A DNA stretch of 63,899 bases, the filler included, from Octopus bimaculoides (taxonomy: Eukaryota), in NCBI RefSeq assembly GCF_001194135.2. It is 7 parts of 5 records of this genome, joined end to end, with 100 filler letters (N's around TTAATTAATTAA, not from the genome) between each part and the next. Parts side by side here need not be neighbours in the genome. Positions count along the whole stretch, not along the records: positions 62,776 to 63,899 come from NC_068984.1; 6 more parts are not named here. One strand, given 5' to 3'. Below, one piece after another: positions 62,935 to 63,899 of this stretch. Under the pieces are notes generated by a model, which saw only the letters and a list, made by a program, of their open reading frames with translations, ran no database searches and was not told the origin of the DNA. Both the position numbers and the translations under genes were made by a program. Every line of letters starts with the position of its first letter. The first letter of the stretch is position 1.

Positions 62935-63140
62935 ACATCGGTTTCAAATTTTGGCACTAAGCCAGCAATTTCAGAGGAGAGGGTAAGTCGACTACATCGA
63001 CACTACTACTCGACTGGTACTTATTTCATCTACCCTAAAAGGATGAAAGCCATTTGTTGAATTTCAACTCAGAGCATAAAGACAGATGAAATGCCATAAA
63101 GCGTTTTCCTCGGCCTGCTAATGATTCTGCCAGCTTGACA
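62935..63140 (-). mobile_element. SINE family C
   Basis: cggtttcaaattttggcactaagccagcaattt...atgattctgccagcttgacacc. A further + strand 3' fragment lies at ~63190-63295 and a - strand fragment at ~62075-62178. Confidence 0.8.
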
Positions 63141-63748
63141 CCTTAAAAGCTTCCCAAATAGTGACAACAATCTGGAGGACTTGAGAAACTTTCATCCTTG
63201 TTGAATCGACAAAATAAGTACCAGTTGAGAACTGAGGTCAATGTAACTGGCTTAGGCCCTTTCTCGGAACTGCTGTCCTTGTGCCAAAATTTGAAACTGT
63301 TATTTTGGAAGTATATAGTTGTACACCCAGGGTGCGTTTAGAAGTAAAGGAAGAAATTAATCATCTAATGTTTCTCGTTTCTCCCTCCTTCTTTTTTACT
63401 CTACCTCCTTTATTTAGTTAATAAATAGATTTCCGAAAGACTTCCTAAACAACGGAAAATATACAAAAATTCGCAAATAGCCTTTTCTCAAATCTCTCTG
63501 AATGTTACAGTTGTTTCGGAAGTTTATTGACACTCACACAAACAGAAACACACACACACACACAACGCACGTACATATAAACATATGCATGACATAAATA
63601 GACGCACAAACATATACACATACACACACATTACACTAACAGAAACACATATAAACACTCAAATACCGCAAGAAAGATACACACACATCCAAACGTTTAC
63701 AAACACACGCACATGCACACAGATACACACTGCAGAAACAAACACACA

Positions 63749-63793
<45 letters not shown>

Positions 63794-63899
63794 ACACACA
63801 CACACACTGGGCAGGTTAATGAAAATGACAGGCAATCAGTGCACAGAAAACATAGAGAGCCGGTCAAAGAGAGGGAGAGAGAAGGACAGTGAAAGAGAG

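Overview
AT-rich, repeat-dense animal genomic DNA with several assembly gaps. The SINE families and extreme microsatellite load look like an octopus (coleoid cephalopod) draft assembly; this is inferred, not verified. The only host gene I can support is the 5' half of the chaperonin subunit CCT7 (TCP-1 eta) on the minus strand. It has a probable ATG-only first coding exon at 14287-14285 and six further exons down to 1111 (260 codons), and it continues off the left edge. Everything else recognisable is decayed mobile DNA: five mariner relics, RTE, R4/Dong, CRE, L1/Tx1, Penelope-like and Ty3/Gypsy fragments, at least four SINE or short-retroposon families, and several small MITEs, some with intact target-site duplications. 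The most unusual items are: an overlapping double palindrome at 62.2-62.65 kb; a perfect Merlin-type MITE with a telomere-like loop in CCT7 intron 1; hammerhead-ribozyme-like motifs; repeated insertion of RTE tails into the (TA)n core of one SINE family; two substitutions in normally invariant CCT7 motifs; and two orphan promoter/first-exon candidates (35.8 kb, 55.3 kb). I found no rRNA, true tRNA, CRISPR or prokaryotic features, and no convincing novel multi-gene system.
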